From IMG/VR virus record IMGVR_UViG_3300028624_000003, positions 156,983 through 220,982 of that record: 64,000 bases of DNA; one strand, 5' to 3'. Of this stretch, positions 56,139 to 64,000 are shown piece after piece. A model generated the notes under the pieces. It searched no databases. It was given only the letters and a program-made list of their open reading frames with translations, and was not told where the DNA came from. The translations under genes and the position numbers were made by a program. The DNA comes from a virus (taxonomy: Duplodnaviria; Caudoviricetes). The stretch's first letter is position 1. Each line of letters starts with the position of its first letter.

Positions 56139-56519
56139 ATGACTACATTTAAGGTTGACTTCGATGCTGATGTTTTGCAGATCATTGGAGATGTTCGGGA
56201 ACTGGCCGATATGAAGTTCATTGTCGCTCCAACTACCCGCATCGGACGGTTGTTGGATGATGCTCCGACCGAACTCACACATCCGTTTTACCTCGAAATG
56301 GATACGTGTGATCTATCTCCTGTATTCATGTACCCCCTTGAACGGGAACACGTAAAGGAGTTAGCGAGGAGGATTTCCAGCGAGTACGCGTGCAGCGTGA
56401 ACGTGTTAGCGGCGGCAAGAGTCCTCATCAGTTATGAGAACGGAGTACTCGTGAAGGAATGGAGTACTACTGATTACTACAAAATGACAGAAGAACAAGC
56501 AGAGCTCTACCGGTTGTAG
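56139..56519 (+). CDS. Early protein, HPF-family paralog 3
   Basis: MTTFKVDF...IGD...HPFYLEM...YPLEREHV. Confidence 0.75.
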   Translation: MTTFKVDFDADVLQIIGDVRELADMKFIVAPTTRIGRLLDDAPTELTHPFYLEMDTCDLSPVFMYPLEREHVKELARRISSEYACSVNVLAAARVLISYENGVLVKEWSTTDYYKMTEEQAELYRL

Positions 56520-56553
56520 CCAAAGTTACCATCATCTAACAAAGGAATACCAC

Positions 56554-57147
56554 ATGCGTGATACTGTCGATACACTGCGTACTCAGATCATTCGGGACTT
56601 CTCTGGGCATTGGCTACTTAACGACGAAGCTCATCGTCAATCACACTTCGAAGCAGTGGAGCAATGTGGCGCACTGATCGCACGTCGTCTCGAGATGGAT
56701 TACAATGAAAAGGAGTTCATGCTCGCAGTATACTTCCATGATCTTTTCGCGTGGTCTCGGGTGAACCATCATGTTCTCAGTTTCGAATACGTCAGGGCCA
56801 CTGACTACCCGATAATTGCGGAACTGGATGATCACGCCAGACGCCGTATTGCCGATGCGTGTCTGCAGCACCGAGCAAGTACCAGAATCGATTTCTCGAG
56901 TGATCTCTCCGAGCTACTCTGTAGCGCAGACCGAGGGGTTCCTGCGAGTGCGGATGTGTATCTCAAGAGATCAATGAAGTTCAATGCGGCAAGACTAGGG
57001 ATCACAGAAGAAGAGGCGATACCTTCGGTAATCGCGCATCTTCATGAAAAGTTCGGAAGAAACGGATACGCCAGATATCCGAAGATGTACACGATCGCAT
57101 TCAAAGAAGAACTGGAACAGTTCTGGGATCAAATCGACGCGCTATAA
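56554..57147 (+). CDS. HD-domain phosphohydrolase
   Basis: H...H, YFHDL, NHH, QHRAS, SADR. Confidence 0.8.
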   Translation: MRDTVDTLRTQIIRDFSGHWLLNDEAHRQSHFEAVEQCGALIARRLEMDYNEKEFMLAVYFHDLFAWSRVNHHVLSFEYVRATDYPIIAELDDHARRRIADACLQHRASTRIDFSSDLSELLCSADRGVPASADVYLKRSMKFNAARLGITEEEAIPSVIAHLHEKFGRNGYARYPKMYTIAFKEELEQFWDQIDAL

Positions 57148-57152
57148 GAGAG

Positions 57153-57192
57153 ATACAGAGAGGAGCACAAAGCTCCTCTCTGTATTTTTTTT
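57153..57192 (+). terminator. Intrinsic terminator between convergent genes
   Basis: ATACAGAGAGGAGC-ACAAA-GCTCCTCTCTGTAT-TTTTTTT. Confidence 0.85.
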
Positions 57193-57194
57193 GC

Positions 57195-57596
57195 TTAGAG
57201 TCTCGTGGCGCGGTATCCATGAGCTGCAAGAAGATCCAGAATGGTCTGAGTCTCTTCCTGCGGACGCTCAAAGATACGAATATCAATGTAGTTCGACAGC
57301 TCCAGCTTTACGAGAGAAGTAGGCTCGATCCACTCCTTCGCCACAACCTGAGTCGCAGTTCTCTCCCCCTGGCGAATCGCCAGAATAAAAAACTGCAGCT
57401 CAGAGATCGGATCCATCGCATGATGGACTTTCTTAACTTCCTGATAGTAGGGAAGCAGGTCCGATTGCATATTCTGCACAACCGGCCAGCTGGCGATGCC
57501 GACAACCGTACCTTGCCATGATACATTGTCATGAGGATTCCTCGATTTGTAAGCAATGATGTCGCCTACTACTACTGAGTTCACATCTATGATCAC
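57195..57596 (-). CDS. Conserved jumbo-phage SH3-like small protein
   Basis: 133 aa; WQGTVVGI...EWI...SL...LL..HGY; ATGA overlap with the chaperonin gene. Confidence 0.55.
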   Translation of the reverse strand: MIIDVNSVVVGDIIAYKSRNPHDNVSWQGTVVGIASWPVVQNMQSDLLPYYQEVKKVHHAMDPISELQFFILAIRQGERTATQVVAKEWIEPTSLVKLELSNYIDIRIFERPQEETQTILDLLAAHGYRATRL

Positions 57597-59524
57597 TTGT
57601 CACCTCCATCAGGAGCCCAAGCTCCACCCGGTACAACAACCATCGCCATGAGTCCTGTGCGCAAAGCGACTTCATTGAGACGGGTGAACAGTTCGTTCGT
57701 CATTTCTGCAGTCTGCACTGGAGGATAGCTGAGGATATCCCCACGCACAAGCTGTTCCATCCAGTCAGGGTTGTCTCCACGGAACGTCAATGCTTCCGCA
57801 GTTTCTGTTTCCATAAAATTGACAATGTCGACGTACGTGTACTTATCGATACTGTCGTCGGTGTGTTCTGCCAATGTACGGAATACGGCAGCAGCGTGAT
57901 CCGAACTTTCTGCGTGATCCCGGAAGAGTGCAAGACATACTTGATGTGCTGCATCGCATACACACGAAGCTAGAATTTCTCCCAACTTATCGACATCATG
58001 GCACTGCTGTACTATTTTTTGCCATACATTGCACGTACGGAACATCGCGTTCGTTACGATACCGTGCATGACAGCAGTGCGTGCGGAACCTGTGGCATCC
58101 TCAATGACCGTCATCATTTCTCGCTGGTCGTGAGTAGTACCGCCGAGGTTGACAGTCATGGTAGTTCTTACCAGAAGCTCGTTGTAGCAGTTTTCGACTG
58201 CTTCTCGTTCTTCGTAGATTTCACGATGTGCATCTGCGACACGCTTTCGATCTTCATCGATGATGTCCAGTGCCTTCCGGTGATGCGGATAGTCATCGGG
58301 GTAGACGAGTCCCGGATGACGCAGATCATCCTCACTCATGCGCGAATCTTTCGGTACAAGATTCGTGAACTCGATATTGCGATGAGTGATTCGTACGCTC
58401 ACATCGCGAATGACGCAGTTCTCGATGTCAGAACCAAGACCGTGATAGACTTCCACGTTTGCCTTTCCTGCGAGTGCAATCGTGTACCACGGAGCACCAC
58501 TCCGATTGTCTACCGTGTTGTGCGTGACAATGAGAATAGGTACTTTGGAAGTGGATGAGATGTTGTTGATGGTCTCGATAACTCTTCCGGGCATGTAGTT
58601 CTCAAGAGCAGGTACGAGGATCAGCAGAGGCGTGGTATTTTTGTCTTCTTCGATACGCTTTGTCAGGTAGCGATAGAAGTCTTCTGTTTCAGGCGCCACG
58701 TCGCATACACCCATGTACAAGGGAAGAACATCGACGTGATTGTTTTCGTAGAACATTCGCAGATTCACGTTGTTGTGCTGCGAAGTCAGATGTATCGATT
58801 TGAGTTTGTACTCGTAGTCGCGAGGCTCCGCTTTACAACGATAGTCGGATACTTCCACACTGGGACAATTCCAGGTAATGGTACCACCCCACACCTCTTC
58901 GGGTGTTCTTTTGAAAAAGTCTGCAACAGTCTTAGCGATCTCGAGATCGCCACCCGTGGCAGTATATACCTGCGTGAACGCAACGAAGTGAGCCGCTTCA
59001 TTCTTCGAAATCCCGAAGTCTTTGGCGATATCGTCCACCGTGATGGTGTGCTCATCTTTCATGATCTTCTTGAAAGTGGCAACAAGCTCACGAAACTTCT
59101 CGTTGATTTTCACGAGAGGATACCTGTCAAGTTCTTCGTGCTTCGAAACAAGCTGCGAGATTAGTGCGCAAGTCATCAGCATCGAAGTAGTCGTACCGTC
59201 CTTGCAGACGTCGTCTACACGTGAACCGACGTAATGCACAATAGACTTGAGGTACTGCTGAATGGGACTGACACATTCAGTTGCATTCAAAATGTGCGCA
59301 CCATCGCGCATGAAGCATCGCACATCATTCTTGGTGCTGATGGTGTTGGTGTTCATCCCCACATCACCATTGGGCAATACCAGAGCTTGTCTGGAATAAG
59401 GCCCGCAAATGATCGACAGCTGCTTGATGAAGGTATCAAGTGTCGCACGGATGACTCTACGAAGATCTTCCGGTCCCACCACGTTGGTTATGTCGTGGTG
59501 TGCACTGAGGTTGATGCGTTCCAT
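57593..59524 (-). CDS. Divergent GroEL-like chaperonin
   Basis: CGPYS, RDGAHIL, VDDVCKDGTTTS, LGGTT...EDATGSARTAVMHGIV. Confidence 0.8.
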   Translation of the reverse strand: MERINLSAHHDITNVVGPEDLRRVIRATLDTFIKQLSIICGPYSRQALVLPNGDVGMNTNTISTKNDVRCFMRDGAHILNATECVSPIQQYLKSIVHYVGSRVDDVCKDGTTTSMLMTCALISQLVSKHEELDRYPLVKINEKFRELVATFKKIMKDEHTITVDDIAKDFGISKNEAAHFVAFTQVYTATGGDLEIAKTVADFFKRTPEEVWGGTITWNCPSVEVSDYRCKAEPRDYEYKLKSIHLTSQHNNVNLRMFYENNHVDVLPLYMGVCDVAPETEDFYRYLTKRIEEDKNTTPLLILVPALENYMPGRVIETINNISSTSKVPILIVTHNTVDNRSGAPWYTIALAGKANVEVYHGLGSDIENCVIRDVSVRITHRNIEFTNLVPKDSRMSEDDLRHPGLVYPDDYPHHRKALDIIDEDRKRVADAHREIYEEREAVENCYNELLVRTTMTVNLGGTTHDQREMMTVIEDATGSARTAVMHGIVTNAMFRTCNVWQKIVQQCHDVDKLGEILASCVCDAAHQVCLALFRDHAESSDHAAAVFRTLAEHTDDSIDKYTYVDIVNFMETETAEALTFRGDNPDWMEQLVRGDILSYPPVQTAEMTNELFTRLNEVALRTGLMAMVVVPGGAWAPDGGDK

Positions 59525-59535
59525 GTATTGTACCT

Positions 59536-60012
59536 CTATTTTCCTTTTAGATTCTTTAATTCTTTCTCGAGATTTTTCATCTCACGAGATTCTTTCGGTG
59601 TATGCTTTCTGATGGCAGTCTTCACTGCGTCATACAGACCCACATCCATATTGAAGAGCTGTTCAAACGTAAAGCCTAATCTACCATGCACATCTTCCAT
59701 CAGCATGAACTCGAGAATATGGTCCACATACGCACGAGTAGACTTAGCAGATTCATCGATGTGACATCTATACATTCCAGTAGACGTCTCGTCTTTCGTT
59801 GGAACGTAGATACCATACATGGTTTGTAAGTACTTTTCGTTGAAGATTCTGACAGCGGTGTTCTTTGAAAGTTCATCGCTGCCAGAATCCTTCAATAGGT
59901 TGTAACACGCGTTTAGATTCTCGCAATACTGCAGGACTTCTTCGTCTGACGGGTCTAGATAACTCGTCAGTTTACTCGACGAAGCCACTCGAGACGCATC
60001 GTCGTAAGGGTA
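59536..60012 (-). CDS. gp51/GT-like C-terminal extension, probably reached by -1 frameshift
   Basis: No SD or usable start; in the -1 frame at slippery U UUU UUU; ends LGFTFEQLFNMD...coiled coil. Confidence 0.6.
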   Translation of the reverse strand, partial: YPYDDASRVASSSKLTSYLDPSDEEVLQYCENLNACYNLLKDSGSDELSKNTAVRIFNEKYLQTMYGIYVPTKDETSTGMYRCHIDESAKSTRAYVDHILEFMLMEDVHGRLGFTFEQLFNMDVGLYDAVKTAIRKHTPKESREMKNLEKELKNLKGK

Positions 60013-62105
60013 AAAAAAGTCCGAAGGATGTCCACAGGTATGAACCCATTGATCGCAATATCCGGAACCGTACCGCAATGGGGGCACTTATCGTACACGT
60101 AGCCGAAGTGAGACACTCGACGACGTCCGATGTAGTCGTGCATCAGTTCACGGAACTTCTCGTTGGATCCATCAAGCTCGAGCTTGTCGAGAACGTCAGG
60201 AATCGTGGTGGGATCCGAGATTACCACTACGTTACCCGTATTGGGGTCGACGTAAGTGATCTTCTCGATGTACGGTACGAAAATGCGGTAGTACTTGTTC
60301 TGTACCATTGCTTCGCAATCAACCGCTTTCTTGGTGGAAACCACCGCAGCAAGTTCACTCACGTAAGCAATACCGCACTGAATGTAGTCTTCAAGTGACG
60401 GTACTCGCACATGCACATGGAACCCATTGTCGAGACTAACAGTCTCCCGGTCCTTCATCAACTCGAGATGGTACTTCTGCAGATCTTCCCTGGTACGCAT
60501 CGTATTTTCGCAGGTATACTTCACTGCATCAGTACTGATGCGAGAGTAATCATTGATACGCATCTTCGCGGGGTCGACCATCGCTTCGTCGGCCTTACCG
60601 CAGCTGGGAAGGTTGCACAGGATTGTCACCGGTACACCTTCTGGGTACATCAGCGCGAGAAGACCCCAGAGAGCAGTCTGCACGTCAGGGTATGCGATGT
60701 TCTGCGAAATGGTTCCAGGAATATTCCATCCATCGAGGTTGGAATCGCACGTGCAGAGTTCGATGAGTTCCTTCGCGGCCTGAATAAGCTCCACATTGGC
60801 AGGAAGATAACTCAGGACACCAAAGACACGACCGAATTCGTATTCAGTGCTTTTGCACTTCACCACAAACTGGTACATCTCCGACTTTGATGGGGGACGG
60901 AGACGAATGCTGAATCCGCTGTTGTACAGTCGAACTCTACGCAGTCCGCTTACCAGAGACGAAACGAGAGTGACCGCAGCTTTTCCCTTGACTTCGCGCA
61001 CAGGTTCAGATTGGGTGAAAGTAGTGCGGTCGCTCTTGGAGTCACCATACTTCTTACCGTCGATGTCAAGACGTCTGGCAGGTCTCACCAGACGATGGAA
61101 TTCTTCCGTAGCCTCATGCACTGCACCGCCTTCGCCCTTGCGGTAATTGATGATACCGCGAACAAGCGTCGAAGGGAATGTGCTGAGATCATCAAGCGAC
61201 TTGCTCTTCATGGCCATGAATCGTTCACTGTCCAGTGTAGGATCAGGAACACAAGCAGCAGCTTGTTTGTCTACCATTTCGTCACCGAAATGTGCAGGGA
61301 TGACGTTATTGTGCACCCTCTTCACCACATGATCGAACCAGCTAGGTATCACCGCAATGGACTCTTCTTCGATCTTGCGCTGATACTCTTCGAACGTCTC
61401 CAGCTCAGATTCCTCGACGATAGGCGGAACGACAGATGCAACTTGATCAAGATCTGTATCAACTTCTTCCGGTTCGGGGATGTTGATTGAAGTCTCGGTT
61501 TCTTGTGAGACCGCAGTTTCTTCAACATGTACGCTTTCAGATACGACTGACACAGATTCGATTTCGGTGTCATCGTCATCGTCCGGGATGATGGATGGTG
61601 CAACAGTGATCGAAGGTTCGGTATCCGCAGGGCTGATAACCTGGTCACGATATTCAGATTCCTGTATCTTTTCTGGTGATTCTTCGATACCGGGAATTAT
61701 CTGTTCCTCGGTCTTCGCATCTTCACTTACTGACGACACGATCTGATCGGTGGTGAGTTCTGTCAGATTTTCAGTATCCAACTGGATACTTTCACCCCAG
61801 TAACCACCGTTATCTGACTGTTCGGTATGCTGATCTTCAGCCATTTGTTGCTCCTGCGTTTGCTCAAGGTACTCCTGTACCGGATTTACGGGTGGCGGTA
61901 CTATCGGCTGTGCAACAGTCGTAGACAGGGAAAGTTCTTCCTTAGCGTTGTCCATATGGAATGTGACAGTACCGGGAGACGTGGGGCTTACTTGAAACTC
62001 TTCGTCCTGTACTGGCGGCTTACCGATACCAAGACGCTGACGAAGGGTCTCTACAGACGGAACTTCTTCCTCGATCTCCGTGACATACTTGCTATCTATT
62101 GGCAT
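59967..62105 (-). CDS. T4 gp26-like tail/baseplate assembly chaperone with a long acidic N-terminal extension
   Basis: ATG 62105 (SD GAGGAG); VRLYNSGFSIRLRPP, CNLPSC, HVRVPSL, CPHCG...RTFF. Confidence 0.6.
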   Translation of the reverse strand: MPIDSKYVTEIEEEVPSVETLRQRLGIGKPPVQDEEFQVSPTSPGTVTFHMDNAKEELSLSTTVAQPIVPPPVNPVQEYLEQTQEQQMAEDQHTEQSDNGGYWGESIQLDTENLTELTTDQIVSSVSEDAKTEEQIIPGIEESPEKIQESEYRDQVISPADTEPSITVAPSIIPDDDDDTEIESVSVVSESVHVEETAVSQETETSINIPEPEEVDTDLDQVASVVPPIVEESELETFEEYQRKIEEESIAVIPSWFDHVVKRVHNNVIPAHFGDEMVDKQAAACVPDPTLDSERFMAMKSKSLDDLSTFPSTLVRGIINYRKGEGGAVHEATEEFHRLVRPARRLDIDGKKYGDSKSDRTTFTQSEPVREVKGKAAVTLVSSLVSGLRRVRLYNSGFSIRLRPPSKSEMYQFVVKCKSTEYEFGRVFGVLSYLPANVELIQAAKELIELCTCDSNLDGWNIPGTISQNIAYPDVQTALWGLLALMYPEGVPVTILCNLPSCGKADEAMVDPAKMRINDYSRISTDAVKYTCENTMRTREDLQKYHLELMKDRETVSLDNGFHVHVRVPSLEDYIQCGIAYVSELAAVVSTKKAVDCEAMVQNKYYRIFVPYIEKITYVDPNTGNVVVISDPTTIPDVLDKLELDGSNEKFRELMHDYIGRRRVSHFGYVYDKCPHCGTVPDIAINGFIPVDILRTFFTLTTMRLEWLRRVN

Positions 62106-62124
62106 ATACAACTCCTCGGTACGT

Positions 62125-63102
62125 TTACTCGGGGGTGTTGATGATTTTTCGTTTGAGAGGAATGACCTCAAGAAATGGACGCATTGAGCAAATAGAGATA
62201 TCTTCATCTTCATAGGTTGCCATGTGTTGAATGGCTCCTCCTGATTTGCTCCACAGAAGTAGTGTCAGTTCTCCATCTTTCCTCTTCATAAATTCTTTAA
62301 TGGATGGTACATCCAATCCATCGATGAGTATGACGTGAAAGTCGTACATATCTTCAGGATAATACCGTTCTCCATTTTCTGTAACAAACTCACTGAGAGA
62401 AATTTCCATTCGGAAATAGTTGGATGTAAAATACGTAATACTCTCACGATCCACTGGCTTACATGCACAAGGACGATCCGTCTTACCAAAGGTATTACGG
62501 TAATCCAGCATCTTAGCTACAGTTTCCTCCAGTATCACTCTTGCGTGAAAATTGTCGATAGGTTTGCCGCAGACCTTAGCATCATCAAAAGTCTTTACGA
62601 CATACTTAGACTTGTCTGCGAATATATCGAATTCTGACGCAGGGGACTCATCGTCCTCGTCGTCTTCTAGTTCATCGTCATAGTCGTCGAGGTCGTCTTC
62701 CACTATCTGATCACGCAACGCCAAATGTAATTTACCATCTTCGGCTTTGAGTGCGTGGACTTCTTCTTTACTGTTGTTTTTTAAGGCAGCTAGAACTACT
62801 GGGATTCTTACGATATATGGACACCCTTTCGGGATATTCATGAACTGCAGAAACTCTTCAAAGAACTCGGTATTCTTGAATGTAATCACGTGAATGGATA
62901 GAGTAACGGGAACGTACGCTGTGAGTAGTTCATAGTCCCCGTTACTCACGACCATCGTGTTAGGATCGTCGGCGACGTTGAGGTATAGATACTTCGCACC
63001 TCTCGCGGTGAGTGATGAAAAGTACAACTTCAACGTCTTTAAAAAACCAGAAGCTTTATTGGCGGCAGGCTTCTTCTTTTTCTTGGACGAAGAAGTACTC
63101 AC
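62125..63102 (-). CDS. Hypothetical protein (basic N-terminus, acidic linker)
   Basis: GTG start with SD GAGG. Confidence 0.7.
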   Translation of the reverse strand: MSTSSSKKKKKPAANKASGFLKTLKLYFSSLTARGAKYLYLNVADDPNTMVVSNGDYELLTAYVPVTLSIHVITFKNTEFFEEFLQFMNIPKGCPYIVRIPVVLAALKNNSKEEVHALKAEDGKLHLALRDQIVEDDLDDYDDELEDDEDDESPASEFDIFADKSKYVVKTFDDAKVCGKPIDNFHARVILEETVAKMLDYRNTFGKTDRPCACKPVDRESITYFTSNYFRMEISLSEFVTENGERYYPEDMYDFHVILIDGLDVPSIKEFMKRKDGELTLLLWSKSGGAIQHMATYEDEDISICSMRPFLEVIPLKRKIINTPE

Positions 63103-63119
63103 GATATACCTCGCAGATA

Positions 63120-63842
63120 TTAGTCACTGGAAGATGAAGAATCAGACGAATCGCAGGAAGTATCGGAAGAACATTCCGGCTCTTCATCCGTGTTAGACGC
63201 ACGATCTTCACGATCCTCTTCGGTTGCTTCCGGTATCTGATCAACCCCTTCCGAGACGAGACTCATTTTGTACGCTTCATTCTGCGCCACTGCGGTGTCG
63301 TAGAATTTAACGACTTCCGCAAAGGTAGAGTTGGTAGCACCCGCTTCACGCAGCTTGTCACCACCAACCTGCATCATTTCTTGCAAAATAAGGAAGTACC
63401 TGGATATGTACTCGCTGAGTTCGAACACAGCGGGCTGTATCTTGGATCCAATGATTTCAACCAGGAGCATCGGATTTTCTACTGCCTTTCTTGCCATCGA
63501 AAGCAGATTGTTCATGGCATCGAGATTCGCGTGAGCGGCAGTGCGCACCTTATCAGCATCGTAGTACGTACGAATCAACTGCCGCTGAGCTGTGTCGAGT
63601 CCGACGAGTGGTACAGTTCTGTCGTAGAAATGAGGGATGTTTGTACTGATCAGCAAGGTAATGCACGCGTCGAGCATGAAGACATGCTTACGCATATCTT
63701 CGATCATCGGCTTATATGACTCGAGTTCTTTACGCAACTCGTCAGACTGACCTTTCATCTTCTTGAGATCCTTACGGATCTTGGCGAGTTTACGGTCACG
63801 CTTCTGCTCACGATTTTTTGACTTCTTATACTTGCAGGACAT
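63120..63842 (-). CDS. Hypothetical coiled-coil protein
   Basis: ATG 63842 (SD AGGAG); basic coiled-coil N-terminus, Ser/Asp-rich tail. Confidence 0.7.
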   Translation of the reverse strand: MSCKYKKSKNREQKRDRKLAKIRKDLKKMKGQSDELRKELESYKPMIEDMRKHVFMLDACITLLISTNIPHFYDRTVPLVGLDTAQRQLIRTYYDADKVRTAAHANLDAMNNLLSMARKAVENPMLLVEIIGSKIQPAVFELSEYISRYFLILQEMMQVGGDKLREAGATNSTFAEVVKFYDTAVAQNEAYKMSLVSEGVDQIPEATEEDREDRASNTDEEPECSSDTSCDSSDSSSSSD

Positions 63843-64000
63843 GGTAGCTACTCCTAAAGTTATTGAATTTGTTGCCGAACATGTGATACCAGAACATAGT
63901 ACATTAGTACACACTGCAGGGATCCCTGCAGTGTGTATCTCGAAATTACTCGACAATGAGCTTGCGAAGAACTTCCGCAGGAATTGCATCTGCTTTACTG

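Noticed and set aside
60013-60087. GTG 60087 as an independent start of the 183-aa ORF
   Set aside because: No SD, and it lies inside the upstream gene's Zn-ribbon codons; frameshift entry is more plausible
1-64000. tRNA/rRNA genes, inteins, stop-codon reassignment
   Set aside because: No cloverleaf or intein terminal motifs noticed by eye; conserved genes are full length under the standard code and end in TAA, TAG or TGA

Overview
A 64-kb segment of a phiKZ-like jumbo phage genome (Chimalliviridae-like), densely coding and read with the standard genetic code. Core genes: two virion RNA polymerase subunits (beta'-N with the ADYDGD catalytic motif, and beta, split by a group IA2 intron carrying an HNH homing endonuclease); a 2026-aa gp181-like tape-measure/tail protein with a C-terminal muramidase; baseplate and tail proteins; two glycine-rich adhesin-like paralogs; an expanded family of protease-matured inner-head proteins; a divergent GroEL-like chaperonin; and a T4 gp26/gp51-like chaperone pair joined by a probable -1 ribosomal frameshift. 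Accessory early genes include an NrdG-type radical SAM activase, an exported lysozyme, GNATs, an HD phosphohydrolase, HExxH peptidases and small membrane proteins. Two promoter classes can be read directly from the DNA: early TATAYATTAC-N6-GA (8 copies) and late ATnnTATG (11 copies). About 22 long purine-arm-first hairpins separate the genes. The most notable element is the intron: its endonuclease ORF lies in the P1 loop and runs through the internal guide sequence, and its RBS is locked in a hairpin that a late promoter in the hairpin loop would release. phiKZ gene-number equivalences come from recalled motifs, size and synteny, not from a database search. No tRNA, rRNA or CRISPR array was seen.
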